This document shows, one piece after another, positions 41,224 to 55,729 of a stretch of 64,000 nt of DNA. Under the pieces are notes generated by a model, which saw only the letters and a program-made list of their open reading frames with translations, ran no database searches and was not told the origin of the DNA. The stretch comes from Lytechinus pictus (lineage: Eukaryota). The DNA is taken from the NCBI RefSeq assembly GCF_037042905.1, contig NC_087251.1, positions 36,334,001-36,398,000 on the forward strand. Direction: 5' to 3'. The stretch's first letter is position 1; every line of letters begins with the position of its first letter. A program made the translations under genes and the position numbers.

Positions 41224-41962
41224 TACCCTTTTTACACACGCTAAAATTTCCTTAACCCCGTACTATAGGTGGGGCTAAATTGCCATTTAGCCCCACCTAT
41301 AGTACAGGGTTAAGCTTAGCCCACTTTCTTTTTACACAGCATTTTTGCAAAGTGGGCTAACCCCACCTTTATAGTACGGGATTATTTGGCCCTGCAAAAA
41401 AGCAGGGTTATCCCAGCAATTGCGGTGCTAAGAGCGATAGTACGGGGTTAAGATCGCTAGTGTAAAACGAAAGTGGGCTAAGCGCTCCCATTCATGCCCC
41501 GCAACAGAGCCGGCCCTGTTGTCCAATCAGAGGTAAGCATAATGAATATTCATGAACAGCGAACACGGCGATGAGAAAAAGCGCGCGCCATAAACACAAT
41601 TATTTTCTTCATTATGAAAGCAAAAAGAAACAACATATTAAACATAAGAAATATAAAATATGAACTTATTTTTTTAATTTTTTGGCTTCCCATAATTTTA
41701 GTACAGAGTTAGACCGTGGTCTAAGTTAAACATGATTTCAGAATACGGGCCAATGAATGACCCCTCAGTGCGCTCGTGAATATTCATGAGCTACCACTAG
41801 TCCGGGGTTAGCGAGTTTCGTGTGTGAAAAGCATGCATTCCTTATCCGGGGTTAGCAATAACAATTCGGCATGTGTGAAAAGGGGAAGAAATAGTACGGG
41901 GTTAAGGATAGTACGGGGTTAGCGATAGTCCGGGGTTAAGAAAATCCTGTGTAAAAAGGGTA
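41224..41962. mobile_element. Non-autonomous Harbinger-like element
   Basis: TTA|TACCCTTTTTACACA ... TGTGTAAAAAGGGTA|TTA; repeated tagtacggggtta motifs. Confidence 0.85.
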
Positions 41963-44589
41963 TTAAATTCTTCCCTTTTTTTGTGAAAAACGTCCTCCCA
42001 TCTTGTCATTTTCACATAAGATCATTTAAGACATTGTGTCATTCATGCAGACCAGATGCACAAATTTGTGGAACAACAAATTGTAGTATTCTATATTTGA
42101 ATACTATTTCCTGTCAAAGTGCTTTATTTAGTAGAGCTTCAGCCCCAAAGAACACTCTCCACCCCCATTCTTCATTTTTCCAAAGGCTTATCTTTGTGGG
42201 AAGGGCTGTACAAGGAGGACAAATGGATTAAGAAGGGATTAGTCTTAAAGAATTTAAAGGTTTGAATTGGGATTTGGATTAAAAGTAGAGTTCATAAGGT
42301 GGTTGATGACACACTTAATTATGGATAAGGCTTGTATGGTCTGATGTTGCAATGATTCTTCATAAGATGGACATGATTATTCCTGTGGCTTTCTCTTCTT
42401 TGACTTAAAAGCCAAAGAGATTACAACAGGATAACATGACAATGTGTATAAGAGCATTAACACCTGAACCGCAGATTTCCTCTCCTGCGTGAATTGGTTG
42501 TACCCTTCAGTCACTTTGTATCAATTCCCTAGTGTCCAGTTCCTCAGATAGGAATTAAAGTCATTGCTCCGTAGGCTGTTGACCTCTTATATGTTGGCCC
42601 GGAGACAGCATGCTAGGTTGGGAGGGTTATATATGTACATCAAAGTCTTGCACTTCAGGAAGAGAAATAGGAGATCAAAAAAGTGTTAACAAAATATAAT
42701 GACAGGGTTCATCATTCTCATGATTTGTTGGATGGTTGACTTAAGAAAATGTATAATATTGTCATGGGATGATACTATAATTATTAACCTTTTAGCTGTT
42801 AAAACCAGCAACTTGTTTCATGCACACACATATATAATCAGCTGTTAATTAGAAAAAGAGATCTCTCGGAGTGAATTTCTTGCCCCCTTATGACTTAAAA
42901 AATAAAGCAAATGCTTTCAGCAAAATTCATTTTGTATTAAATAATAGATGAACATTTACTCTTTGACCCAGTATCTTGCCCGTGAAACAGAAGTAAACTT
43001 CCCACTTCTTCTAGGGAGAGGACTCAGATGAGAATGACATCTTAACTCTATGATTTCTGAAAGTTAGATGTAATTTACTTTTTTCAATTGAATATCATTA
43101 ACTGAGGACTTCATTGAATTTGCAGTTTATTATTTCACAAGCAGGGGGCTTGGGCTCCCCATTTTTTTTCAATAAAATGTGTACAAAAATGTGAAAATTA
43201 CCATCTGTTTGTGATTTTTGTATGGGCACCCCCCCCCCTTTGGCTTAGCCCCCATCCCCAATTTCAAACCGTCCCATGGCCCCTGTAACAAACATCTTTC
43301 TCATCACTGGAGGTTTACTGATGATTCTCATATTCATTTTATGATAAGCAACATTGGCATTTGATATAAACCTGGGGCTCTCAATAAAATCAGAGAAATA
43401 GATGAGAATCCCAGAGGGTTGAGTATTGGGATCAGTTTTGGACTCTCAGGGGCGAGTGGGGGTGACAGGGCAAGGCATTGCACCTGCCAGAGGTCACTGG
43501 CAATAACCTCATAAAAATGAATATTTTCTTTATTAAAGGTGTAACAATTGATTAACCCACCAGATTCAGAATGGGCCTGTGCTTACCTCTAATAATAGCA
43601 TGACTGCTTTGTGAATGTGGATTGGTGTTAATGTTATTTATTTTTTTATTAACACTTTTAATTTGTTTTAATTTAATGCCCAGTTCTAACAATTTATCAA
43701 TAAATCGCATTGGCTGTAGCAGGATTTTTTGTAGGTGCCAAGAACATGAATGCTAGATGATGGTGGCTTGGTTGAATGTTATTTTTAGGATGCTGTAATA
43801 TTTTGCTATTGGAATCGAGGAATGTGGTGTTGATGGATAATTTTTTATGTCGATTTTTGTGACCAGGAATGAATGAACAAATTTAAAACCAACATATATA
43901 TGTGGGTCACTGTTAAATTTATTTACAGAAGTTAATGTAATAACATGAATGATTTCTACGACCCTCTCACAAGCCGAGAGGGGTCATAACACTATGCAAA
44001 GCAAATAATTAAAAAAAGTCAGGTTTTGACAATTTTATGGGCATTTTGAATTTTGTGGCTATGCAATAAGAATAAAGAGAGGAGGAAGAGTGGAAGGGGG
44101 GGGGGGTGAAAGAGAGGGAGAAAGTAAAAGAGGGGGAGTGGAGGTGCACATGTGAAAAAAAAAGAGGATACAAAGAGATAAGATGGCAAGCAGACAGACA
44201 CACTACTTTCCTTATTTGAAGCAGGATTGAAGTTCACAAACTTGAGCAAGATTAGAAGCCCCACATGTCATTTAAGTGATCCAGTTTATCAATCCCAAGG
44301 TCTGTCATGCTGGGGTCTGGCTACCAGTCTAACCCAGCCCAGACCCAGGTCTCCCTTGAGCATTGTCCTGATGGGGTGAAGGTGATAAGGGGATTAGCTT
44401 ACAATGTCATTATAACACCTACCCTGGGGGCTGGAAAGTGATACCCAGAGGAACAACCTCCAGAGACCAGGAGGACCAAACATTGGTCCTGGATGATTGT
44501 TCCTCCATCATCATTGAAGGATCTTCTGGATATGGAGATGGCTGAAGGCACAACAGTGACTGAAGATGTAGATTACAAGTATCATTAGA

Positions 44590-45025
44590 TTACACAAACT
44601 GATTAACACCATTGTTTGATATCTAACCCTCTTGATGCCCCAGACATTCGTCTAGATGGAGGGCAAGTTTAATTTAATTTATCCATTGTCACTTATCATT
44701 TAAAAGGTAGTTTTGAGTCTCACCCCTCAGAAATTGAATTACACAAACTAAATGAAATGATTATGTGATATTTATCTTTTTGGTGCCCCAGTCTTTAGAT
44801 TGAGGGCAAGTTTGATTTTCTTTTAATAACCATTGTCACTTGTCATTTAAAGGGCATTTTTTAGTCTCATCTTTCAGAATTTTAGTTACACAAACCAATT
44901 AAAATCATTCCTTGATAACTACCCTCTTGCTTCCCCAGTCTATAATTGGAGGTCAAGTTTCATTTAAATAAAGTGCACTCAGTCACTTTTCATTTTATTT
45001 AAGGGTAGTTTTGAGTCTCATCCAT
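44590..45025. repeat. Three ~148-bp degenerate tandem repeats
   Basis: ttacacaaac at ~44590, 44738 and 44886, each followed by ccccag...gagggcaagttt...gtcactt...agtctca. Confidence 0.8.
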
Positions 45026-45331
45026 CCATTGTTGGGCGTTCCATTCATTTCTTCAATGTCTTTTGCCTGTGAAAGATCTGGTGGCGTTGCTTTAAAGAGC
45101 AATTGATTTTATTTTATTAGTAATTATTTGAAATATATGTTGGCATTGTATTCTTAAGAAACAATGAAGTGGAAAGATGATAAATCATGTTTGATATAGG
45201 ACTGCTTGAAGGATAATGTGTGAAGGTGTGATTTAAGTAGACAACTAACCTAGAAATAAAAGGCAACGGAATGTAAGGGCAGACCTTTACAAATTCCACC
45301 GGTGTGTTCAATTAGTGGTGAAGAAAGTTAT

Positions 45332-45711
45332 TACCCCTTTCATAAACCCAATTATGCGGCTAATAGCAGCATAATTTGGTCGTAAAATCGGAGGAGGACC
45401 AGAGTTATCCGCATTATTTTGATGCTGCTATTATCCGCATAATAGCGGCATCGGGACCAGATTTTGACTTTATGAACGCATTTCCAAATAATGCGGATAA
45501 TTGCCATGGTGCGGTCACAAGGTCACCCTTTTCCAACACAGCCGCATCGGAGGGGGCGTGTGCAGTTGTCATGACGATTATCCGCCTTTTTCAGGACGGG
45601 CGCCCGTAAAAATAGTGCGGATTATTTTCGGAGTTTGTGAACGCAATTTTTATTGAATTATCCGCATTACTCTTAGGCGGCTAATTGGAGGATGGGTTTA
45701 TGAAAGGGGTA
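45332..45711 (+). mobile_element. MITE family C copy 2
   Basis: TACCCCTTTCATAAACCCA TIRs; homologous to 32402-32801. Confidence 0.85.
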
Positions 45712-45916
45712 TTAGTTGGGTTACATATCGCCAATATAAGGTCTGTAGATATGTTCTAAGGGAGGGAAAGGAGGGGGCGGGTGTCCTTTACCCCAACTTT
45801 CAAATGTTTTATGTATGACATCATTCCTTAAAGCAAGGGCAACCCCCTACAAATTCCATTAATGGTAAAGACTAAAGAGAGTAAGAGAATTGGGGTTAAG
45901 CGTGGTTAGTGCCAAT

Positions 45917-46178
45917 AGGGCCGCCTGCACTAGCCCGAGTTTTCAAATTAGCGTGCTATTTTTGATAGGCCAAATTATCCCGATCTGAAGCAGGTGCAGA
46001 CACACTCAGGATTATTTATTCAAGGTCAGACCGTAATGCATCGATGCCTTGCTCGAGCAGGAATCGTTCTTCCATCGATGGTGGAGACGGGGTTTCTTGA
46101 ATCTCGAGATTAATCGCGAAGAGGGCCGATGGGCTAAAATCTCGAGATTGAGCAAACTCGGGCTGGTGCAGCACCGTC
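45917..46178 (+). mobile_element. Internally deleted relative of 13723-14619
   Basis: Shares both ends, e.g. aatctcgagattgagcaaactcggg.tggtgcagcaccg. Confidence 0.75.
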
Positions 46179-46348
46179 GATGTGTGCAGATAGGTTCAAA
46201 TGTATAGGGATAGGGTGTGGGGAGGGGGTTCTTTGCTTTAACTTTAAATCATTTTATATAGGTCCTATGACACCAATCCTTTAATCCTAGGGTATTATAG
46301 ATTGGATCCACCCTCCTGTTATCTACATGTATACCCTTATTTACCATT

Positions 46349-46825
46349 AGGTGGTTTCAAACCGCCTCGATCACAAGAATCCCCGTTAAATTACGAGAAC
46401 TTTTTAGGCTGAAAAATACCCATTAATTATTCCTGCATTCACACCGCCCTGAAACATACCCTTCAGGATAAGTTCCTGAAGTTACGAGCATGCGCAGTAT
46501 GGTCTGATAAGCAGCAAGGCGCGAAATTCAAAATCACTAGCCCAGCAGCAACCCATGCACGGCGCCGCACCCAAAGACACGCTGGGCTAAAAGTTCCCGT
46601 AATTTGCTTTCAGACCGCCAAAATACCCACGACCTTGGAAAAATCCCCGCGAAAGTTCTCGTAATTTCGCCAAGTACCTACTATTTATCGGGTATTTTCT
46701 TTCGGGGATATTACGCGTAGTTTGCTTTCACACCGCCAAAATACCTGGTATTTTCTGATCGGGGTAAATTTCCCGATCAGAGAATACCTGGAACTGGCGA
46801 ACTTCGAGGCGGTCTGAAACCACCT
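46349..46825 (+). mobile_element. MITE family A copy 4
   Basis: Same TIRs, ATT duplication. Confidence 0.9.
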
Positions 46826-49800
46826 ATTGTCACAAAAGAATTAGGTAAGATAGTTTTTGTTACCAATCATGGAATGCACTAATATATTTGTTATGTACAT
46901 TGAATTTTAAGAAATTAAAAAAATATTAATAACACAGTTTTTCTAGCATTAAAATCATAGCAACTATCTTTCGAAGCAAGACCGACAAACTAATGTATAT
47001 ATGAATGAAGTTTTCAATTTACGTTCAAGTTGCTAATATTTACCTTTGAGTCATCGGAGTATAAGAATCACCTTGGAACTGCAGGTGTATTCAAGAATGT
47101 TAATCCCATTGAGCAATTTATTGCTCTTTAGTTGATTAATATTGAACTGCTGGGAGTGGAAGTCAAGTTGAGTGGGATGGTATGTGGATAAGCTTGGAGT
47201 CAGGGGCTTATCAAGCAGAGCAAACTGTTGGAAATCAATTTAATGTTTGTTCTATGGACTATTCTGCCTATGGATATGTGGATGGAATAAATACCACTTC
47301 AAATCAAATGTCAAATAATTCTGCCTATATTGTACTAAGCTTGAAAATTTATATAGGCTAAGGTCATTTATGCGAGCCTAAAAAGAGATGAATGTGATTT
47401 TTCATTGAAAAAGTTATTCATTACGTTCTTTAAAAGTGGAGAAAAAAATTTGTTTATTTCCAATGGGATCTTACATTCAAGGGCATGTATAAAGGGGCCT
47501 TCTCTGTTATATTGTTCAATATTTCCATCTTAAATTACATTACAAGCCTTCTAAAATGCAAAATTAAATTTTCTTTAGTATTCTAAACTTCTAATTATGT
47601 GTTCTTTGATGACATACAAAACACTTGATAAGGCAACATAAGTTTTAACTTATACTTAACTGCAGCAAGACAATAAAGCTCGATGATCGCATGGTAAACA
47701 GTTGCAAACCACTTTGGTCAGCAGATTTTCTTCTAAAATTGGACTTTGCTTTGATTTTCATGATTTCTTATTGTCAATTCTGTAATTAAATTTGTTGGCC
47801 CTGATAATTCTATGAAATCAAATTTCATGAAATGTTACCAAACCACTCAGATTTTTAATCTGTTTAAATACCACTCCCACTCAAAAGCCAGGAGTGGCCA
47901 GGAAGGAGATTTGGCATAGATAAAACTTGGAAGTAATAGATATATTTGCTTCTTGGGACGATAACATGCGATCAGCAGACAAAGAATTGAATAAATATTT
48001 TGCTATTTGGCAGACGTCTCTATCTTTGTAAATATCACCAGGCCGATAAAACTACTGGTGGACTCTGTTAGATAAACAGAGAAGTTCTTTGTTAATTAGC
48101 TATAAAATTTTACGAAGTCTTATTTTTGTTGTGATACCTGACCCCTACTCATAGTAGTACTATATGAATGTAGGCCAAATGTGCACAGAGTGCTCCTTAG
48201 ACTAGAGATTTAGCTCAAAATAACTGATGCAACTTGTGACAAAACCGAACTAGTATAGGAAAAATTACCCCGTCCAGAAACAATTATTTTAAACAATTAT
48301 ATCCTATTTGAATCAACTCTTTTACTGCTCCCTCTTTAAATTCAGTGTTGGTTGTATTATGGCCAATATGGACAATTCTCTTGCATCTTTTAATGCTTTT
48401 CACATGGGAAAGAAGAGGAATGGAGGGGAGGGGCTTGTTGATTCTGTGTGATGTAGTTAGAGGTATCAGCCATCAGCAAAGAATCTTTGTTATTGCAGAC
48501 ACTTTCTGAAAAAAAAAACACACCTAAATCAACTTCAAATTACTAGTTTACCACACTGGATTCCTTATTTATTGATGTGAACACTTTCTGATCATGGAAA
48601 AAAAAGATGATACACAAAGGAAAATCATATTTCTATTCACCAAAAAGTTTGTCCAGAGTATCTGTACAGTTTTATCGCTTTCCACAGGAAGAAAATTTAT
48701 GTTGAGGAGATTTTATGACCCATCTGGTGAATGATAAATATTCACTTGTCAGGTAGCAGTCAAAGCTAGCTCAATAGCAAGTATTTTGGGAAAAATAATA
48801 TTTGTCCTGTAATCAAAAAAATTTACTGTGTATTTGGCCAGGAGAGGATAATATCTTGTTGAACTTTGGTCAATAGAGGACATCTTGACTGAAAAAAAAA
48901 GAAGAGAGCAATTTTAGGGATAGAAGGATTAGGGTAGGCCTTTATGAATAACAACTTCTCCAGTCAGTGGTCAGAAACTTTTAGTTTTTTTAACTAAAAT
49001 ATTTTGAAGGAAAATTTGATTAATGTAATCCCATGTGGAACCCTTCCATCTGGGAACAATATAGTGGTGATGGATTTAGAACGGAATATGGGAAAATTAT
49101 ACAGGACATCCAAATTTTCTGTAAAAGGATGTTGTGTTTCTTCGCAATCTACCTATTGGAACATGATATGTTTTACATTTTGTCGCTTTAATAATTTTGT
49201 GCTTATATTTAGAACTGAATAACAGATTTACAAAATAAGTCTCTTCAGTTTACATATAAAATCAATCAGTTCATCAAGAGTTCATTAAAATATCTTCCTG
49301 TCAAGAGCCAATGTCAAACATGGAATAAAACTGTGGTAATAAAATGTTTATCTTCATGAAAGCAGAAAACTTAAAGAAAATGTTAGGTATGGGACAAAAA
49401 ATAAGAAAAGTGTGGATGACTGTCTTAAGAGCCATACGAAATCTCTATAAATCTCAAATTGGCAATCCAGTTGATACATCATGAAAGATGGTAGGGACTA
49501 AGGGACAACTCTCCAATTTGTCATGTACTTGATTATCACCAATTTGTGGTTTTCTCCTCAGTGCCTTCTCCAACCACGAGGCAGTTATCAAAATAAAATG
49601 CAGACAACATATTATACATCTGTATTAATAAAAAAATATTTTTCAGAATTTAAACTTAGGAAAAAGAGAAATTATTATTTTTTTTTTTGGGGGGGGGGCG
49701 GAGGGGGTGTCTCAACTGTAGAGCGGATATAGCGGAATACTATTATTATTATGTGATAATGTACATCTAAGAAACATTACTTATTATTACAAATGTGCTA

Positions 49801-50217
49801 AACTTCACTGAATGTTTGCTAATGACTGCATGGAGTCATGAAGGCTGATCAAAGGAGACATTATGTGCGGTGAACCATGCACTCTCCTGCACTTTATTAT
49901 CATGGAGGAACATGTAAATATTTTCATGTCAATATATTAGTCTGCCATTCTTACTCATAATGGGATTACAGATTGTCAATACTCTAGTTGGAACTTTTGT
50001 GTAATGTTAACCCTAGTACAAGTGTGCCTATGTACAGTTATAAGACTGAGTGTGGAATTTAATGCACTAGTACATTCACTGGCATCCCTGCATTACAATA
50101 GTTGGTACATACACTTGAGTGATTTCAAATACAATGACCAAGGGAGTGTTCACACTGCGTGCTTGCCTGGCATAACTCCATATCATTACACAGATAAGCC
50201 CCAACATACTAAACCAG

Positions 50218-50429
50218 GGAGGTGTTTCACAAAGATTTACGTATGACCTAGTATCGCATTTAAATACCAAGTTGTGTACGATATGAAAGGCTTGACTGCA
50301 TTGGTCAGATCGTGTCATGAGGACGCGCACTAATGCGTATCTATCAATAAGATCGCGCGTTGCATATCATGTACGCTTCGGCATTTAAGTGCGACTTAAG
50401 TCATACTTATATCTTTGAGAAACACCCCC
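50218..50429. mobile_element. MITE (ggtgtttcacaaagat family)
   Basis: ggaggtgtttcacaaagat / atctttgagaaacaccccc. Confidence 0.7.
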
Positions 50430-50575
50430 CATGTGTCATTACAGGATCAACAAATTGTAGCCTTTTCACCTCATGCCAGATATTCAAATTCCAAGTACAT
50501 GGATGGGACACCAATTAGATTCAATAAATTAAAGGAATTGCAAAGGAGAATTATCAATTATTAAGTGGAAGCATG

Positions 50576-50983
50576 CAGACCTGTCAACCAGTACGTTTTT
50601 GGTGTATTTAGTACGTTTTTGCAACCAAAATACGGCAGTACATTTTTTCTTTTAAAAATGTTTTTGTAAAAAAAAAGGAAGAAATTTATACAAAATCGTA
50701 ATTTATTGAGAAAAATCATCTCTATATGTCTCTATTTCATAAAACTTACTCAAATATGGTTATTAGATCAATGTAATTTCAGGTAACTTATCAATGTAAA
50801 ATATACACAATGTTTACATGTTGGTTTTTTTTCATCTGCAAGAGCAGTTTTAGCTTGCATGCAGCTTGAGCGCCACATGAGCGAGTGCGCCACGCATTTT
50901 ATTATGAAATACAGTTTTTTTTGGAAAAAACACTTTTTTTATCACAGAATACACTTTTTCATTCCCAGAGGTTGGCAGGTCTG
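50576..50983. mobile_element. hAT-like non-autonomous element
   Basis: CAGACCTGTCAACC / GGTTGGCAGGTCTG TIRs; TSD not clean. Confidence 0.65.
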
Positions 50984-50984
50984 A

Positions 50985-51275
50985 TCATGGTGTAGTGGTT
51001 CTGACTCTTGTATGGTAATCAGATGGTTGTGTGTTTGAATCACATCACAGCCTAGCATCCTATTGGAAGGCACCGATCCCCGTTTTGCCAATTTCCACCC
51101 AGCGATGCAAGTGGGTACCCGGTAGGATGCGAAAGCACATATATGTAATATGCCTTGTGATTGAGCTTTGAAGCTCTTGTTGGTAAGCTTCCCCAGGGAG
51201 TAGAGAAAGTGCATACATTGTATGCAGGATTAGGTGACGGGTAATGATATGTTTGTAAATTACTTATGACATTTT
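50985..51275 (+). mobile_element. tRNA-derived SINE
   Basis: TGGTGTAGTGG A box, GTTTGAATC B-box-like, central tccacccag...tgggtacccgg motif. Confidence 0.6.
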
Positions 51276-53259
51276 CTTTGGCGACAATTGCTCTGGTGGA
51301 AAATCTACACATTAAGCTAAACATAAAACCTAAACCCCAATACTAAATAAACCCTGATCCTTATCTTTCCATTATTCTGAAACATAAATGTCATGTCACT
51401 GATAGGAAGCCCATTATCTCACTGTATCTTTTCATATCAAAAGGCCTCTATACATGTAGACATGCTCAGACTCTCTGATAATCATGATTATTTTATGATT
51501 TGTTTAATGTGAAGTTTGACACATATTTATTAATGGAAATGTATTTATTCTTGGGATTTTAAAGAATGAGAGACAAATTGGTACTTAACATTAACAGATA
51601 TTTTTATAATGCTGATGACTATCCAGGATACAGGTAATGAGACTTTCCAAGAAATGAAGTCTTCGGGACTTTCCCTTTTTGTCGAGTTTGATTGATATTC
51701 CTAATGAAAGTTCATTGTTATTCACTTTTTTTTGGTGGTGACTTGTATTAAAAGATATGATTGTGGAAACAGACAAATTTTAGATTTAGTGTACATTTTC
51801 CTGATGAAATATTTTAAAGAATGCAATCTTTTTCATTGTAATCGCCATTTAACCCATTAACAATTTTTTCTAATTTCTAGTTGGACTTTGTCCATTTCAT
51901 GATCCATGTGGTCTTTTGGACTGGTAATGAACCAAATTTTCGTTTGAAAAAAATAAAGAATAGTAAGTATATAGAGTGGAAGTAAGCCTAACAGGGTATA
52001 AGACTAAATGAGAATTAGACTAAGTAGGTAACATTAGACCAATTGGTAATTAGATGAAAATTATAGTAGACTGAATGGGTTGAGCGCATGTGGTATTAGA
52101 CAATCTAAGAAGTATGATCGAGTGAACCTAGATTTCCGCGAATACCAAGTGTGACCATGGAGCTATTATGGTGTGACCAAGGAAGCGGTTAGACCAATGC
52201 ACCTCCAAGTCCTCCAGTTACCTGTCTAAGCAGATTAACAAATCCATTTAAGCCAGGATTTAAGTGAATGGTAAGCAAACCAGTACAGAAGCACTAGATG
52301 AGATGAACTCTATTTATACCCAAGTGGTTTATTGATTGCGGAGTTACACATGGTGGGATATAATTGATTTTGCAGGAAGTTCTAATGGCAAAACATTGCA
52401 TTGGGTGAGAAGCTTAAATGTTGTATTGTCTTGATTGTTTAACTAATTAGAAACCCATCCTGCAAGTCTGTATAATCAATTGCTTTTGCAGCGCTCTTAC
52501 AATGTCAGTGATGTAATTTTGAAAGGCTGAAATTTTTGACATGGTCAAGCACCCCCACCCCCGCCCTAACGGAAAAAAGGGTGCCATATTTTGATTAATT
52601 AGTAAATCACTAATAGTTTGTGAGGTAATTTGATTTCAATTTGCCATTATCTTCTTTATGTTCAAGAAAATCTGATGCAAATTTTATAATTTTGTAGGGT
52701 TGGGGTCCCCTATTCCCCCCCCCCCCATGATGCCAGTCAATAACTTTTTCTTGCAGTATATGCTTGCATTTCTCAGTTTCTATCTTGTTCCATGTAAAAG
52801 GTGTAGAAGTAGTATACATGTTTTCCATGACACTCTACAGCCAAATCTAAATTTCGTGAAGATTATTTAGATCACTAATATACAGCAGTTATCAAATTAT
52901 AATTAGGGTAATACATGAAGGGTCTTGACATTGTGCTATTCAGGCTTTTATCTTTCATCCATTTGTTGTCCATTTTTGAAGAAATTTCCCTCATATGCTC
53001 AAAAGACATTTATCCTTCAATGTAAAAGAAAAATGCATGTATAATTTAGGGGATTGGGGTTCTTCAATTAATTTGATTATTAACAGAGAAGTTAAATCTA
53101 CGTATAATTGACCACTGTTACCCTTTAAATGTTTGTTTGGAGTTGAGGGACAAAGGCTGTTCTTCCCACAAGCCTTCTGTCCATGTGCATCAACCAACGG
53201 TATGTAATGGTATCTGACATCTATTGATAGATGTGTGGTAATGGTACCTTAACATGCCG

Positions 53260-54395
53260 TATCACTGTGGAGATGTGAAGATATGTCTCACACAGTTCGA
53301 ATGCTCAGTGTGGAGGTAATTACACATTGTGGACACCTCAACAATTGGATTGTCCACAGTGTGTTCATATATTGTGCAATGAGAAGATGTGATTCATAAT
53401 GATAAATGCTCAAATTACACTGTGAAGATTCACAGTGTTGAAATGCTCAAATTTCTCACTGAAGATAACTCCACACTGTGAATACAAAGAGTGTGAGTGT
53501 TGAGAGTGTGTTCATATAGTGATTGGCAACATTTTATAAAATGCTAACAGAGTGAAGATAAGTTTACACTGTGGACACCTAACTGGTGTGGGTGTACACA
53601 GTGCATTCACATAGTGGACGATGTCAAGATGTGATTCACAATCTTAAATTGCTCAAGTTTTACAGGATGGAAATAATTTCACACTGTGCATGGACACCTG
53701 GATAGTGTGAGTGTAGGCCTACAAAGTGTGTTTACATGGAAAGCCATGTGATGATGTGATACACACTGCTTTATTCTCAAATTGAACAGTGTGAATATAA
53801 TTTCACACTGTGGACACATTTACAGTGCTAGTGTAAATAGTGTGTTCATATTATGGATTATTTGAAGGTGTGATTCTCACTGTTAAAATGCTCAAATTCA
53901 ATAAAGGGATATATGTTCACACTGTGGACACTACAACATTGTGAGTGTTCACAGTGTGTTCATATAGTGTACAATGAAAAGATGTGATTCATACTGTTAA
54001 ACTTCTCAAATCTAACAGTGTGGAGATAATTTCACACTGTGGACATCTCTACAGTGCTAGTGTAAATAGTGTGTTCATATTATGGATTATTTGAAGGTGT
54101 GATTCTCACTGTTAAAATGCTCAAATTTAATAGAAGGATATATGTTCACACTGGACAACATGACATGAGTGTGTGCAGTGTGTTCACTTATTGGACTATG
54201 TGAAGATGTAATTCACATTGGTAAACTTCTCAAATCTAACAGTGTGGAGATAATTTCACACTGTGGACATCTCTACAGTTTGAGTGGAGGGTGTGTTCAC
54301 ATAGTGGATGATGTGATTCACTATGTTAAAATGCTCTAATTTAATGGTGTGAAGGTGATAGCACATTTTTTCACACTGTGAACACAATGTGGACA
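53260..54395. repeat. Degenerate ~115-bp tandem repeat with a ~229-bp dimer
   Basis: Recurrent ttcacactgtggacac...cagtgtgttcata...tgtgattc...gctcaaat; near-identical blocks at 53801 and 54030. Confidence 0.8.
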
Positions 54396-55299
54396 TACTT
54401 TTCTCTTTCCAGCAGGGATTTATGATCCACTTTCTCTAAAGAACAAAAAGAATTAAAGCTAAAATCTGAAATAAAGCAGGTATTATCAACTGCACCATAT
54501 CCATATTTTCCTCAATTTAAGCTAAAACTATTTAATAGCATTGATATGATAAGTGATAGTATTAATAATAATAGTAAAATAAACTGTCTCAGTTGCCAAT
54601 AAATCGGAATGAAGCATTAAGAAGACTAGTTTGCAGGTTGAAGAGAGCAAACAAAATATAGGTCAAATTTATTCTTTACAAAGTCAAGTGCAGACTACCT
54701 CCCGTATAATAGGCCATACCTGTTTCAAAATTAGATTGAAGTTTGTATTTGACTGTGATGTATTGATTGATGACTGACAATAATTAAATTGAATGTGTCT
54801 CTTACCTCTTTTACCCTTTATCAAAGAAAATGGCCGTAGGTACATATAAAACGTTAGTTGTAAATATATCCTCTGCATTGTCAAATCGTTGTCATGGGTA
54901 GTATCAAACTGATAAATGTCTGCACCTTCTCTCATTCTTTTTCAGGAATTGTTATCTCCTTTTTATACTTTTCTTTCAAATTAGTTGCTGACTTGCTGAG
55001 AGTACTGATGTTAAGATTTGATATGGTTTTGTATTTTAATCATAAAAAGTTTCTTTGTAAATTAGTGGCTATTACACTAGAATTGCTACACACCTGCAGG
55101 AACAGGGGGGTGTTTCATAAAGCTGGTTGTAAGTGAAGAGTGACTTTAAGAACGACTGGGGATCCTTTCTTACGCGCTAAAGTATCTTTAATGAACATTT
55201 TGGTGTATACCATTTACCACAAGAAAGGTTCACCAGTCACTCTTAACTTACAACCATCAGGACATCTTATACCATTCCCATCATTAATCCACCCTCAAA

Positions 55300-55688
55300 C
55301 GGTTTATTTCCAATTTGTCTAATGCCAATTCGTCCAATTGCCCACTGGTCTACTTCCATTTGGTCTACCATCAGTTTGTCCACTCACCACATGGTCTACT
55401 TTCATTTAGTCTAATGCCATTCCATCTAATAACCAGTTGATCCAATGGCCATTTAGTCCTTATACCATTTGGTCTAATTGGACTAAGTGTTAAATTGTGC
55501 AAAATGAATGAAAATTAAATGGATATTAGACCAACTGGTTATGAGACGAAATGGTGATTAGACAAATTGATGATTGGACCAAATGGTTGTTAGACAAAAT
55601 GTTAGTGGACGGAATGGCATTAGACTAAATGAAAGTAGACCATGTGGTGAGTGGACGAGTTGGCAGTAGAAGAATTGGCAATTCACCC
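55300..55688. mobile_element. Foldback MITE built of ~15-bp subrepeats
   Basis: gtccactcaccacatggtctactttcatttagtctaatgccattcc has its exact reverse complement in the right arm; degenerate relatives at ~2920-3220 and ~51870-52110. Confidence 0.75.
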
Positions 55689-55729
55689 CTCAAATAGCGT
55701 GGCTTGAATGCAGATAACAATAAAGTGAA

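Noticed and set aside
32514..45609. Two similar 77-aa ORFs MVVKSEED...
   Set aside because: Both lie inside copies of MITE family C, start at a non-ATG codon and show no recognisable domain.
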